This document shows positions 28,195 through 41,156 of a stretch of 64,000 bases of DNA, piece after piece; position 1 is the stretch's first letter, and the number at the start of each line of letters is the position of its first letter. Origin of the DNA: Alkalispirochaeta sp. (lineage in GTDB: Bacteria; Spirochaetota; Spirochaetia; DSM-27196; Alkalispirochaetaceae); the NCBI GenBank assembly GCA_965601925.1, contig OZ271854.1, positions 160,001-224,000 on the forward strand, given 5' to 3'. Made by a program: the position numbers and the translations under genes. Under the pieces are notes generated by a model. It had not been told where the DNA came from. It saw only the letters and a program-made list of their open reading frames with translations, and searched no databases.

Positions 28195-29703
28195 ATGATA
28201 ATGTATGCGCACAACCGCCCCGCCGCCACGCCCCGCCTTTTTTCGTGCGTGGGCGTAATAATTCTTTTGACGCTGGTAACGATCGCGCCGGTATTCCCCC
28301 AAGGTCGTACGAAGAGGCGTCCACCGACCATCCAGTTCGATCGGCAGATATCGGGGGTCGTTCCGACCGTCGGCCCCGGAGCGGGTCGCATATCCTACCG
28401 CTTTGAGGTCTCCGATGAGGCGTTCGGCGTCCGCATCGAGCTTGCCAATGCTCAGGCGGATCTCGATATCGTGCTGTACGACGGCAACGGAGAACTTGCG
28501 ACGTTCTCGGAAACGACGATGTACAACGAGACGTTGGCGATCACACGTCTCACCGACCCGGAGCTCAGGACCGGAACGTACGGTTTGGATATCACCTACC
28601 AGTACAACCGTCCGCCGGTCATCGACGGCGTCGAGCTTACCGAGATACCGTTCGAGATGGTGGTGCACGGCATCGTTCCCGCCGTTCGCCGTCGCCTTCG
28701 TCCGGGGCAGGGAGTGAGCGACACCTTATTGCCGGAGGATTCCATGGTCGCGCTCTACGAGATCGAAGTGCCGATCGGAACCCGCGCGCTACGCCTCGAT
28801 GTGACGGACACCACCGCCGACCTCGACATATTTATCAACCGCGACCGCCCGACCATGACGCTGTACGAGTCGGACTATTGGTCGCAATCGGTCCGATCGA
28901 CGGAGAACATCATCATCGATCGCAACAGCTCTCCCCCGCTCCGTCCCGGAACGTACTACGCGGTGATCATCGACCAGATCGACGACACATACGAGACCGA
29001 CTTCGCCCTCACCGTCCACGACGAGGAGGAGGCGCCGCACGCACTCCTACGACACGTTGAAATTCCGACGGGACGCGACGGAATCGAACGAGCACTCGAC
29101 GCCACGGTGGAGCTGTTGACCTTCGGCGGCGGCGGCTCGGGCGTGCTGGTGAGTCCCGACGGATTCATACTGACCAACCACCACGTGATCGTCGACGAAT
29201 CGGGCGAAGCGGCGGACGAGATAACGGTGGGATTCACGCTGGACGCGGCGCTCCCGGCAGAGGAGCTCTTCTTGGCCGAGGTCGTGGAGAGCGCCCCGGA
29301 CCGCGATTTGGCCCTCCTGCGCATCGTTTCCGGACGATACGGACAGGAACTTCGACCGGGGTCCACGTTTCCCTACTTAGAGATTCGCAACGGTGGAACC
29401 GTCGGAATCGGCGACGACCTCCGCTTTATCGGATACCCGTCGATCGGCGGTACCGGCTCGCGCGCGACGATCACGCTGACTCGAGGGACCGTGGCCGGTT
29501 TCCAACGGGTGCCGTTCGGAACGCTCATAAAGACCGACGGTGAGATCAACGAGGGCAACTCCGGCGGCGCAGCGCTGGATAGCGAGCTTCGATTGGTGGG
29601 CCTCCCCACGGAGGTTGTCGGATTCGAGGCGGGACAGATCGCCTACGTCTATCCGGTAAGCGCAATCCCGCCGGCGTGGCTCTCTCTTATCGGCGTGGAA
29701 TAG
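28195..29703 (+). CDS. Secreted trypsin-like serine protease with N-terminal PPC-type domains
   Basis: Signal peptide; two ADLDI-containing beta domains; triad motifs TNHHV, DLA, GNSGG. Confidence 0.85.
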   Translation: MIMYAHNRPAATPRLFSCVGVIILLTLVTIAPVFPQGRTKRRPPTIQFDRQISGVVPTVGPGAGRISYRFEVSDEAFGVRIELANAQADLDIVLYDGNGELATFSETTMYNETLAITRLTDPELRTGTYGLDITYQYNRPPVIDGVELTEIPFEMVVHGIVPAVRRRLRPGQGVSDTLLPEDSMVALYEIEVPIGTRALRLDVTDTTADLDIFINRDRPTMTLYESDYWSQSVRSTENIIIDRNSSPPLRPGTYYAVIIDQIDDTYETDFALTVHDEEEAPHALLRHVEIPTGRDGIERALDATVELLTFGGGGSGVLVSPDGFILTNHHVIVDESGEAADEITVGFTLDAALPAEELFLAEVVESAPDRDLALLRIVSGRYGQELRPGSTFPYLEIRNGGTVGIGDDLRFIGYPSIGGTGSRATITLTRGTVAGFQRVPFGTLIKTDGEINEGNSGGAALDSELRLVGLPTEVVGFEAGQIAYVYPVSAIPPAWLSLIGVE

Positions 29704-29727
29704 CGGCAGCCGACGCCGCCGACACGG

Positions 29728-30780
29728 TCATGATCGCATCCGTGCGGGGCGCCGTCGGCATAGCGCGCGCGCAAGGCGGTGAAGTGCCCGACTCTCGCGT
29801 CGGATGATCGTACGTCCCAACCGCTCGAGACGGCGCATGTTCTCCTCGCTGGCGTCGTCCATCTCGGCGCTGACCTCTCCCAGGTCGGCGTTGAATCGAA
29901 AATACTCCACCCGCGGCAGACTCTTGAGCGCGTGGGCTACCGACTCGCTCTGGCCGTCCCACATCATCGAGGTGATCGGTACACCGTGAATCGGCGAGAC
30001 CCAGTCGAGATAGCCCCACTTACGAATGGTTTCGAACGGAAAGTGGCGTTTGCTGCGCCCCGTCCCAATGGACACGATGAGATACTGGCGCGCATCGGGA
30101 TAGAGTTTACGCGCCTCGACGTAGGCGTTGAGCGCCGGATTGTTGGCGACCAACCCGCCGTCGACGAGGCTATACGTCGTCCCGTCGCCCGAGACGATCT
30201 GGGCGGGAATGAAGTAGGTGGGAGCGGCGGTCGTCGAGCGTGCAATATCCTTTAGCAGAAAATCGTCGGACGGCTCTTTGGAGGTGATCGCGGCATCCTT
30301 GCCTCGCGCCGCCGCGCCGTTTACCACGTGGCGAAAGAAGAACGGCCCCCGATTATCGGTGTCATACGCGGTAACCAAAGTATTTGCGAGACATTCGCTC
30401 AACCGCGCATCGCCGAACAGTCGCTCCAACAAGGATTCAAAGGGATTCGCGTCGTACTTGTGCGCAAAGGCCTGCCGCATGGCGGATACCGAGGCGAATC
30501 GACCGACGGGAAAGATCGATCCGGACTCTTCCATGTAAAAGCGTACGATCTCCTCGGGAGACAACGGATTCGGCTGTACCAACCCGAGGGTGAGGAGCGC
30601 TCCGGTAGAGGTACCGGCAAAGATATCGAATAGTCGGTGAACGCGCACATCATCCGGGCGCTTCATCCACGTTTTGAGAAAACGCACTCGTCGGAGGATG
30701 TCGCGGATAAGCATAGCGGGAATGACCCCTCGCACGCCTCCGCCGTCCACGGAGAGGATGGCAACGGTACCGCGCTTCAC
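29728..30780 (-). CDS. Patatin-like phospholipase
   Basis: DGGGVRG, GTSTG, AAPTYF, DGGLVANNP, SIGTG. Confidence 0.92.
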   Translation of the reverse strand: MKRGTVAILSVDGGGVRGVIPAMLIRDILRRVRFLKTWMKRPDDVRVHRLFDIFAGTSTGALLTLGLVQPNPLSPEEIVRFYMEESGSIFPVGRFASVSAMRQAFAHKYDANPFESLLERLFGDARLSECLANTLVTAYDTDNRGPFFFRHVVNGAAARGKDAAITSKEPSDDFLLKDIARSTTAAPTYFIPAQIVSGDGTTYSLVDGGLVANNPALNAYVEARKLYPDARQYLIVSIGTGRSKRHFPFETIRKWGYLDWVSPIHGVPITSMMWDGQSESVAHALKSLPRVEYFRFNADLGEVSAEMDDASEENMRRLERLGRTIIRRESRALHRLARALCRRRPARMRS

Positions 30781-30826
30781 CGCACGATCCTACGGGAGGG
30801 GCGCCACATCGTCACGGGGCGTTGAA

Positions 30827-31414
30827 TCAGATGTCGAACATGCTTTTCAGATGGTCGAATATCTGCGACAGAGCGCCGCGATATTGACCGTCCAAGCGCC
30901 CGAGATTGTCCTGCAACACTGCGGAAAATTCGGGATCGGTCGATGGATCGATCCGTACGGGGCGTCCGTACTGCTGCTCGAGCTGTTGCTCCTTCTGCCG
31001 AAGACGGGGCCCGAACTGCTGCCTGAGAGACTCGATCATCTGCTGACGATCGGCGAGATACTGGGAAAAAAACTCCCGCGTCTGCCGCATAATGCTGCGA
31101 AGCGTACCGCGGTCGCCCCCGAGCTCGGATAGAGCCTTCTCGGTGGTGTCGAGGTTTTCCAGATCGGATTCGTACTGCGGGAGGGTAAGATTGCTGAGTA
31201 TGACCTCAAAGAGCCCTTCTCTCACCCACGCACGACGCTCTCCCGGCAAGCTCGCGAGCTCTTTCGCTATATCGACACTCTCCCCGGACCGCAGGCGAGC
31301 GTATAGTCGTTTTCCATCTTTCTGCGCTTCGTTGCGATGCAGCGCTTCGGGATCCCCGGCGATGTCACGAGTGCGCTCCAGCGCGAGCTCCAAGGCGGAC
31401 TTTATTTCTCCCAT
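30827..31414 (-). CDS. DUF6657-like conserved hypothetical protein
   Basis: N-terminal MGEIKSALELALERT, N.TLP, DP..DPEF. Confidence 0.75.
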   Translation of the reverse strand: MGEIKSALELALERTRDIAGDPEALHRNEAQKDGKRLYARLRSGESVDIAKELASLPGERRAWVREGLFEVILSNLTLPQYESDLENLDTTEKALSELGGDRGTLRSIMRQTREFFSQYLADRQQMIESLRQQFGPRLRQKEQQLEQQYGRPVRIDPSTDPEFSAVLQDNLGRLDGQYRGALSQIFDHLKSMFDI

Positions 31415-31728
31415 GGCCTCAATATAACAAAAACGCGGCGTGCGACGAAAGTGCGATCATGCGATACCGCCCGAGCCCTCAAAAGAAGTGCTGAAACCCA
31501 AACGACACGCCACCGGGATCGGTTCGTTCCGCTATTCCCCACCAAACGGACGACATTCCGCCACCCTTGACCGAGACTGCAGGATACGTACGTAATGGTC
31601 CAACGCGCACATCGGTGCAATGCCGAAGGGGACGGACACCGGTCGGTCGACGATACGCGAATCATCAGCGGTATGACCCAATACCGGATCGGACCGCGTT
31701 CACCCGTGGATACGGAGATGGATACACG

Positions 31729-32799
31729 ATGAAAGACAAACGGATAATCATCATCGGTTCCGCGGGAGCGCTGGGACGGCACGTTGTCGAGAAGGCAATA
31801 GCATCATTTGGAGTAGAGAGCATTGTGTTATCCGACTACAAGCCGAATAGACTCGAGGCTCAAAGAGAGGGAGTCGGGACGAGGTTCGGAATTTCCCCAT
31901 CGACCGAGGTAATCGACATACGCTCACCGGAGAGTATCAGGCGGGGCCTCGATACCGTTGATCTGGTAATCGTCGCAACACAGCAAATCGATCCGCTCAT
32001 TCAATGTCAATGCATCGCACAGGGTATCGACAGTATCGATCTATCGGTGGATCCTCGGTTCATCGAAAAAGCTCTTGCACTTAACGCAACGATCGACAAC
32101 CGGAGTACCCACATCGTTACGGGAGGCTTGTTTCCCGGACTGTCCGGGATTCTGGCGTCGGAAGTCAACACGGCGTCGCAACAAGAAGAACCCATTGACG
32201 TCGGCCTACTGCAATCCGTGCATGGGACAAACGGCAGAACGGGCGTGGCCGATATGCTTCAGATCTTTGATCAGGACGTGGACTTTGTCACGAAAGAATC
32301 CGCGACTCGCTATTCGGGATTCTCACACAAGAACCAGTTTGCACTCCCCAAACCGTTTTTTAACAGAGCACTGAGGCTCACGAATTTTGTCGAGCGGGAT
32401 ATTCTCAGGCGCAAAGGCGTCTTGTCAAACTATTGGACCGCCTTCGATAAGGAGAGTTTCAATACGCTCATCAGTTTCCTAAAGAAGATAGGTTTTCTGA
32501 AGTTTTTCAAGCACCCAAAACTGAGAAGTGTTTTGGGTACCGTCATTGCGAAGGAGAAGCAATCGACCGAACACATTGCGTTATGTGCTCGGAACGCACG
32601 ACACGCGATCCTTCTCACTCTGTCCTCCGATTATGAAGCGACGGGATCCTGCGCCATCGCCTTTTCCAAGCTCCTATTGAGTGGCGGCGTAAGATGCGGA
32701 GCCGTGAAGTTTCCCTTTGAGGTGTTCGCGTTAGATGAGATCACACCGAACTTGGACGATGTAATCATAGAGATACAACATCGACCGGCTCATGCCTGA
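31729..32799 (+). CDS. Saccharopine dehydrogenase-like NAD(P)-binding oxidoreductase
   Basis: IIGSAGALG Rossmann motif, IDLS, GLFPGLS; visibly lower GC; start re-assigned to ATG 31729. Confidence 0.7.
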   Translation: MKDKRIIIIGSAGALGRHVVEKAIASFGVESIVLSDYKPNRLEAQREGVGTRFGISPSTEVIDIRSPESIRRGLDTVDLVIVATQQIDPLIQCQCIAQGIDSIDLSVDPRFIEKALALNATIDNRSTHIVTGGLFPGLSGILASEVNTASQQEEPIDVGLLQSVHGTNGRTGVADMLQIFDQDVDFVTKESATRYSGFSHKNQFALPKPFFNRALRLTNFVERDILRRKGVLSNYWTAFDKESFNTLISFLKKIGFLKFFKHPKLRSVLGTVIAKEKQSTEHIALCARNARHAILLTLSSDYEATGSCAIAFSKLLLSGGVRCGAVKFPFEVFALDEITPNLDDVIIEIQHRPAHA

Positions 32800-33069
32800 G
32801 GTCACAACACGATGCGCCGACGGGAGCGGCCGGACCACCGGCACATAAAGACGCCGTAGCACCGAGAACCACAGCGCCGGACCGATACTCGGTTCGTTGC
32901 AGGCCCCGTTCAATCACTCTTGGGTAATCGAGAACGTATCGGCATTGGATACTCGCACGATGCCGTCCCGACCGGATATCGTGGGGTGTTCCATTGAGCC
33001 TGCAGAATAGTGTAGCAGAGACGCCGGCACCGAAAAAGCGCAGCGTTTCGCACGATAGTCATAGGACGT

Positions 33070-33747
33070 GTGATCGTAGAGAAACATATCGAGCGCGTAC
33101 TGCGCGACGGAAAAGAGCGCGGGCCACGGGAGCGTATTCTCAGATACGGCGCCCACGTATTGAGCGACCGAGACCTATTGGCGGTCGTGCTCGGGAGCGG
33201 CACGGCCAAGTTCGATGTCTTCAACCTGGCGGATACCGTGTTGCGAGTTTTGGAGCGGAAGAACTACGTCATTGCACCGGGCGCACTGATGAAGATACCC
33301 GGCCTCGGCCCGGCGAAAGCGACAAAACTCGCCGCAGCGATGGAGTTCGGTCGGCGCGTGCTCGTACCTCGCAACTACCGTATCGGTCAGCCGTCGGACG
33401 CCGTACCGCTCCTTCAACACTACGCCGACCGTCCCCAGGAACACTTCATTTCGATCTCGCTCAACGGAGCTCACGAAGTGCTGGCCATCCGGGTCGTCTC
33501 CATCGGCTTGGTGAACAGAACGCTGGTCCATCCGCGGGAGGTCTTTTCGGATCCGATCAAAGACCGCGCTACCGCGATCGTATGCGCTCACAACCACCCC
33601 AGCGGCAACGTTACGCCGAGTCGGGACGATCGGGGGGTGACGAAGTCGCTACGGGAAGCGGGCGACATCCTCGGAGTACGCCTACTCGATCACATCATCT
33701 TTTCGGCTCAGTCGTATTACAGCTTTCTCGACCATGACGAGCTGTGA
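33070..33747 (+). CDS. radC: RadC / JAB domain protein
   Basis: PRER, LSD.DLLA, IPGLGPAKA, VHPREVF, HNHPSG..PS..D, LLDHII. Confidence 0.93.
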   Translation: MIVEKHIERVLRDGKERGPRERILRYGAHVLSDRDLLAVVLGSGTAKFDVFNLADTVLRVLERKNYVIAPGALMKIPGLGPAKATKLAAAMEFGRRVLVPRNYRIGQPSDAVPLLQHYADRPQEHFISISLNGAHEVLAIRVVSIGLVNRTLVHPREVFSDPIKDRATAIVCAHNHPSGNVTPSRDDRGVTKSLREAGDILGVRLLDHIIFSAQSYYSFLDHDEL

Positions 33748-33881
33748 TCGCGTGCCGGAGCTGTAACGAGACCAAAGGCAATCTCATCGCCGCGGCGTCC
33801 GCTCCGGATACCGTACGGATCAAGATCGGGTCGCCGTCCCCGAGAAGACGGACAGTCCTCCGTGCCGACGACGTCGGAGGA

Positions 33882-34226
33882 TCAGTCCCCTTCGGTGATC
33901 AACGGAACCGAGCCGGCGAGATCGCGATCGCCTCGCGTTCCACCCCCGGATTTGATATTGACCCGATATCGGATCGTCGAAGGTGATCGAGGGATTCAAT
34001 CCGTTCGCAACATCGCTATAGTGCCAAATGCCGCTTGGACTGTTCACCAGCAGCACCGTGTCGGCCTCCGTACTCTCCATTTTAATCGTGAGGGACGCGG
34101 TGCGGATCCGGCAGAAATCCCGAATCAAGCCGAATTTCATGGTACGTAGGACCAGCGACGCCGGTCTTGTCCCCATACACCCACGACGATGGAGAGAAAT
34201 AGCGCTCCGGCCAAGAACTGCTTCAC
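33882..34226 (-). pseudogene. Frameshifted remnant of a small secreted PPC-like (peptidase S1-annotated family) protein
   Basis: RBS GGAGG plus GTG signal peptide MKQFLAGALFLSIVVGVWGQD. Then, after frame changes: PTYHEIRLDSGFLPDPHRV; LTIKMESTEADTVLLVNSPSGIWHYSDVANGLNPSITFDDPISGQYQI; GTRGDRDLAGSVPLITEGD-stop. Confidence 0.7.
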
Positions 34227-34683
34227 GAGAAGCCTCCCATGGTTTGTAGAGTTGATTTACAAAAAATCAGACTATTACCAGCAATAATCTCAATACAGAA
34301 TCCGAAATATGTATGCTGCGCGGTCGCGACGGAGATGGCGCATAGTCGCCGACGGGACGGAAAGTGTGCCGCCCCTTACTCCACGTCGTACCGATATTGA
34401 GACGGTAGCGAAGAATCGCAGTTGAGTCTTTTCATCCTACGCCGTTCTTTTACCATTTCGCGCCGATGTGCGTGCATTGATTTCGGGGCGCGTCTTGGCC
34501 CGGGAAGAATATCGGGTACTCAACGCGCCTCGGCGAGCGGATACTCGGTGAGCACCTCCGGCAACGCGAACATCAGCTTGGCGCATACTCATACAAATCG
34601 AACATTCCGCTAGCAATTCTGCAACGTTGCCATCGGTACCGTTACGAGACCGAGAACACTGCGATAACGAAAGGAGCGAGAAT

Positions 34684-36684
34684 ATGCGAACGGTACGATA
34701 CGCGCTTATCACGGCCGTAGCATTGGTCGCGTTGGTCGGTTGCCGGACAGCCGCAAGCGCCGATGCCGATGCGCCGATGGTTCTTCAGTTGCTGCATTTT
34801 GCGGACGTCGACGGGAATCAGGACGACGCACTCGATTCGGTTGACGAGTTCTCAGCAATCGTCAACGCCCTGGTGGCGGATCCGACCTACGGACCAAGCA
34901 CTCTCTTGGTGAGCTCCGGCGACAACATCCTCCCCGGGCCCCGCTTCAGCTTGGCGACCGACCCGCTGGTAACCACCGTAACGGGGGGAGACACCCCGGC
35001 ACACTTGGATATCTTTTGGATGAACGAGCTCGGTGTCGCGGCATCCGCATTGGGCAACCATGAACTCGACCAAGGACCCGCTACGCTCGCGGCGGCCCTT
35101 GCCGAGGAGGGAGACTTTTCCGGCTCGCGGTTTCCGTACCTGTCGGCGAATGTCAACTGGGGGCGCTCGTTCGACGTCGGACGCAATGGACGCGACGTCG
35201 GTGACCTTGCGGGTCAGGTAGCCTCATACGCCACAGTGACCGTCGCAGACCAACGCATCGGTCTGGTCGGTGCGGTCACACCGACCCTCGGTGGGATCAC
35301 CAGTGCGGGCGACGTGACGACGACGCCCCGCGGCATCAACTTCACGATCCCGGAGCTTGCGGTCGAGATTCAGCGCGCCGTCGATGCGTTGGTCGACGAT
35401 GGAGTCAACAAGATCATCGTCCTCTCACACATGCAACAGATATCGATCGAGGAGGAGTTGGCCGGTGCGTTGACCGACGTCGACATCATTGTTGCCGGCG
35501 GATCGAACACGCTTTTGGCCGACGACGACGATATGCTCATCGAAGACGACGTCGCCGACGGAGCGTATCCGCTGACCTTCACCAACCCGGACGGTGAACC
35601 GGTGCTGGTGGTAAATGTCTCGGGAGACTACCAATATCTCGGGCGATTGGTGGTGTCGTTCGACGCGGCGGGGACGATCGACGTCGAGGCGCTCAATCCG
35701 GAGCTTAACGGTCCGATCGCCGCGACCGAGGAGAACGCAGCCGCCCTCGGTGGTGCGCCGAATCCGGCGATCGTGGCGAGCCGGGACGCCGTCCAAACGG
35801 CGATTGCCAACACCCTCAGTCGGGTCGTCGGGTACTCAGCGGTAGATATCTACGGCGACCGCGAGACGTCGCGCGTACAGCAGTCGAACGGGGGTGACCT
35901 CACCGCCGACGCGAACCTGTGGTACGCTAACCTGATGGCCGACGATCCGGTCCAGATATCGATCAAGAACGGCGGCGGCATCCGTGCCGACGTAGACGCC
36001 GGGGCGATCACCCTCGGCGACGTCGCGACGATACTCGCCTTCAACAACGGACTCGCTACCGTTTCGGTAACCGCCGAAGAGCTCAAGGGGCTCCTCGAAC
36101 ACGCGATTTCCCGCGCCGAGGCTGAGTTTACACCCGACGGTGCACTCGGCGGCCAGGGCGGAAGCTTTCCGCAGGTGGCCGGAATGTGGGTCGGAATCGA
36201 TGTGAGTCGATCGCCGCGGGTGACGAACGACGCCGGCCAAGTAACCGCAGCGGGACAGCGGATTCGTGAGCTCGCGCTTGTCGATGAGACGGGCGATCGT
36301 ATCGAGACGGTGATCACCGGTGGCGAGATTCAAGGCGACCCGAACCGGACCTTTCGTCTCGTGTCGCTCAACTTCCTGATCAACGGAGGCAGCGGCTGGC
36401 CCTTCCCGAACCTGTCGACGCCTCAACGGCGGAACCTTTACGCCGCCTACAACGGGAGCGACGATAGTACGATCACCTACGAGACGGAGGATTTCTCTCG
36501 GGACCCGGGGAACTTCGAATATAGTCTTCCCGGTCTCGAGCAGGACGCGCTGGCGGAGTACTTCGCGACGTTCCACCCGACCGTTAACAACGGTTTTGAT
36601 GAGCCGGAGCAAGCTCCGGTTCAAGATCGTAGGATACAGTTAATTACTCCGTCGAACCCGTGGGTCGCACCGTCGAACCCTTGA
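34684..36684 (+). CDS. Bifunctional metallophosphatase / 5'-nucleotidase lipoprotein
   Basis: RBS AAGGAG; lipobox LVG-C; LHFAD, SSGDN, GNHELD, LSHMQ, NGGGIR, FPQVAG. Confidence 0.9.
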   Translation: MRTVRYALITAVALVALVGCRTAASADADAPMVLQLLHFADVDGNQDDALDSVDEFSAIVNALVADPTYGPSTLLVSSGDNILPGPRFSLATDPLVTTVTGGDTPAHLDIFWMNELGVAASALGNHELDQGPATLAAALAEEGDFSGSRFPYLSANVNWGRSFDVGRNGRDVGDLAGQVASYATVTVADQRIGLVGAVTPTLGGITSAGDVTTTPRGINFTIPELAVEIQRAVDALVDDGVNKIIVLSHMQQISIEEELAGALTDVDIIVAGGSNTLLADDDDMLIEDDVADGAYPLTFTNPDGEPVLVVNVSGDYQYLGRLVVSFDAAGTIDVEALNPELNGPIAATEENAAALGGAPNPAIVASRDAVQTAIANTLSRVVGYSAVDIYGDRETSRVQQSNGGDLTADANLWYANLMADDPVQISIKNGGGIRADVDAGAITLGDVATILAFNNGLATVSVTAEELKGLLEHAISRAEAEFTPDGALGGQGGSFPQVAGMWVGIDVSRSPRVTNDAGQVTAAGQRIRELALVDETGDRIETVITGGEIQGDPNRTFRLVSLNFLINGGSGWPFPNLSTPQRRNLYAAYNGSDDSTITYETEDFSRDPGNFEYSLPGLEQDALAEYFATFHPTVNNGFDEPEQAPVQDRRIQLITPSNPWVAPSNP

Positions 36685-36695
36685 TACCGGACGGG

Positions 36696-36728
36696 AAGCC
36701 CCTGCGACCGGGGGTCGCTGGGGTTTTT
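36696..36728 (+). terminator. Rho-independent terminator
   Basis: AAGCCCCTGCGACC-GGG-GGTCGCTGGGGTTTTT just after the nucleotidase stop. Confidence 0.75.
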
Positions 36729-36819
36729 CTGCGGTCCGACCGCTCCGTGCTCGGCTACTCCGGCATCGCCGGGCGGAACATGGGTGCGCACAGCACCGAT
36801 ACACCCGCGTTGTCGCGCG

Positions 36820-37290
36820 CTACCCGCGCGCAGCGACCGGTCGGGGCGGCAATTGTCTTAGGCTTACCGCGATTCTGTTCCAGGCGTTAATCGCCGATAC
36901 CGCGTACGTCAGATCGACCAACTCCTCATCCGTGACGCGGCTCCGGACTCGTTCATAGAGTTCGTCCGGCACACTGTTGGTCACCAGGTGTGTAAGGGCT
37001 TCACACCACTCTAAAGCCGCCCGTTCTCGCTCGCTAAACAGTGTGGTCATCTCGCGCCACGCCGGCACGAGGTTCAGCTCCGCATCCGTCAATCCGGCCT
37101 TCAGCGCCTGAGAGCGGTGAAGATCGATGCAATACGCGCATCGGTTAATCTGCGACGCTCGAAACTCGACCAGACTCTTGAGACGGGCGTCAAGCTCCGT
37201 CAACTCGGCGTCGGCGGCAAGTCGTAATGGGAGACGCGAGTATCGCGGTGTGACGGCACTACACGAACGCTGCGGGACAGAGCCGTGCAA
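36820..37290 (-). CDS. AhpD-like carboxymuconolactone decarboxylase family protein (start uncertain)
   Basis: RASQINRCAYCIDLH, FSERERAALEW.E, INAWNRI. Confidence 0.8.
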   Translation of the reverse strand: MHGSVPQRSCSAVTPRYSRLPLRLAADAELTELDARLKSLVEFRASQINRCAYCIDLHRSQALKAGLTDAELNLVPAWREMTTLFSERERAALEWCEALTHLVTNSVPDELYERVRSRVTDEELVDLTYAVSAINAWNRIAVSLRQLPPRPVAARG

Positions 37291-37364
37291 CAGCGTCCTC
37301 GACCACGACGAGTTACGGCCGCATGCCGCGCTCGACGGTTGTCGCGCGGCGTCGGCGACCCGAC

Positions 37365-38450
37365 CTATACTGCGCAGTTGTAGACGCGATACCGCGCACA
37401 GATGCGACCGCCGGAGCCGATCACGTCGCTCCAGGAGGAGGTTGCGGCCGGGGGAAGGCCGGCTATGGTGACTTCTTCCACTTCGAGTTCCGACAACCGC
37501 CGTAGAAGGCCGGCGAGAAGCAATGGCATGTCACCGTTCTCGCCGTCGCCGGGAGGAACGCTCAGTCCGTCTACGACGCGGCGCCCCGTGCGCCTTCGCT
37601 CTCGAAAAAGGTCGATTGCCGTCCGCAGTCCGAGGTATCCGGAAGCGCGGCGGAGCGCCGGCGAGAGGTCGTAGGACGGCACCGCGCATCCCACAAGCCG
37701 ACCGTGCCGATCCCGAAGGAGCGTAACTGCGGCGTGGTCCACCGCCGACAGTCGGAGCCGGACACCGCCGCGCGGGCCGGGATGTGCGCCGTCGAGGAGC
37801 GCGACAACCTCCCTCTCGAGTCGCATCAGATCGCGGTGAGAACGCGGATGCTCGACGCGTATCCGACCGTCCACATCCGCTCCGTGCTCACTCTCGCGCA
37901 TCCAGCCGGAAACATCCAAACTTTCGAGACGAACGGAGACTGAGACGAAATCGTAAAGCGCGGCACATCCGCCGGACTCAAAGCGACTCCGATAGTACGG
38001 CGGGTGGAACGGAGCCGTGCGCTCCTCATACCCCTCGACGAGAAGCCCCGCCCTATTCGTACCGCCGAGGTCGAAGGGTCCGACCAACCGCGTCGCCCCG
38101 TTCTCACGGCACCACGCTCGGGCACGATCGAAGAGCGCCGTCCATACGTCCTCTCGATCGATCGACTCGGGTACGGCGAGCCACGTATCGCTCCCGGCGA
38201 AGGGCTCACGCTCATCCGTCGAATGAACCACGACGAAGCGCGCCAGTACACGGGCGCCCTCGACGATGACGAACGCATCGCTTCGAAAGATGGTACGAGG
38301 TAGATATCTCTTTTGCAGAATCCGCCGCACATCCCGCGCACGCGGCGGCGTCCACGCCGGCGTATCGCGATACAACGCCAGGGGAAAATGAAAAAACGCC
38401 TTGCCGAGGCGACTCGCCGGATCGGTCACCGGGTAGATAGAGAGACTCAT
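37365..38450 (-). CDS. YghO-like / GNAT-fold hypothetical protein
   Basis: P..LY....W.PP, ESID, L.GP, GLLVEG, PPYY, C-terminal YRVY; start re-assigned to ATG 38450. Confidence 0.7.
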   Translation of the reverse strand: MSLSIYPVTDPASRLGKAFFHFPLALYRDTPAWTPPRARDVRRILQKRYLPRTIFRSDAFVIVEGARVLARFVVVHSTDEREPFAGSDTWLAVPESIDREDVWTALFDRARAWCRENGATRLVGPFDLGGTNRAGLLVEGYEERTAPFHPPYYRSRFESGGCAALYDFVSVSVRLESLDVSGWMRESEHGADVDGRIRVEHPRSHRDLMRLEREVVALLDGAHPGPRGGVRLRLSAVDHAAVTLLRDRHGRLVGCAVPSYDLSPALRRASGYLGLRTAIDLFRERRRTGRRVVDGLSVPPGDGENGDMPLLLAGLLRRLSELEVEEVTIAGLPPAATSSWSDVIGSGGRICARYRVYNCAV

Positions 38451-38495
38451 CCCGCCCACCGTACCGTAGGACCGCTCGCTCCGAGCGGGTGGGCG

Positions 38496-38518
38496 GGCGC
38501 CGAACGGCATTCGGCGCC
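38496..38518 (-). terminator. GC hairpin after clpC (possible terminator, no U-tract)
   Basis: GGCGCCGAA-CGGCA-TTCGGCGCC. Confidence 0.4.
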
Positions 38519-38541
38519 GACGGCGAAGTGTCGTACGTGAA

Positions 38542-41154
<2,613 letters not shown>

Positions 41155-41156
41155 AT

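Noticed and set aside
29728..30780. Patatin as a CBASS CapV effector
   Set aside because: No CD-NTase or Cap2/Cap3 genes nearby; housekeeping context
33070..33747. radC as marker of an integrative element or defence JAB
   Set aside because: Full-length chromosomal-type RadC with HhH; no integrase or E1/E2 neighbours
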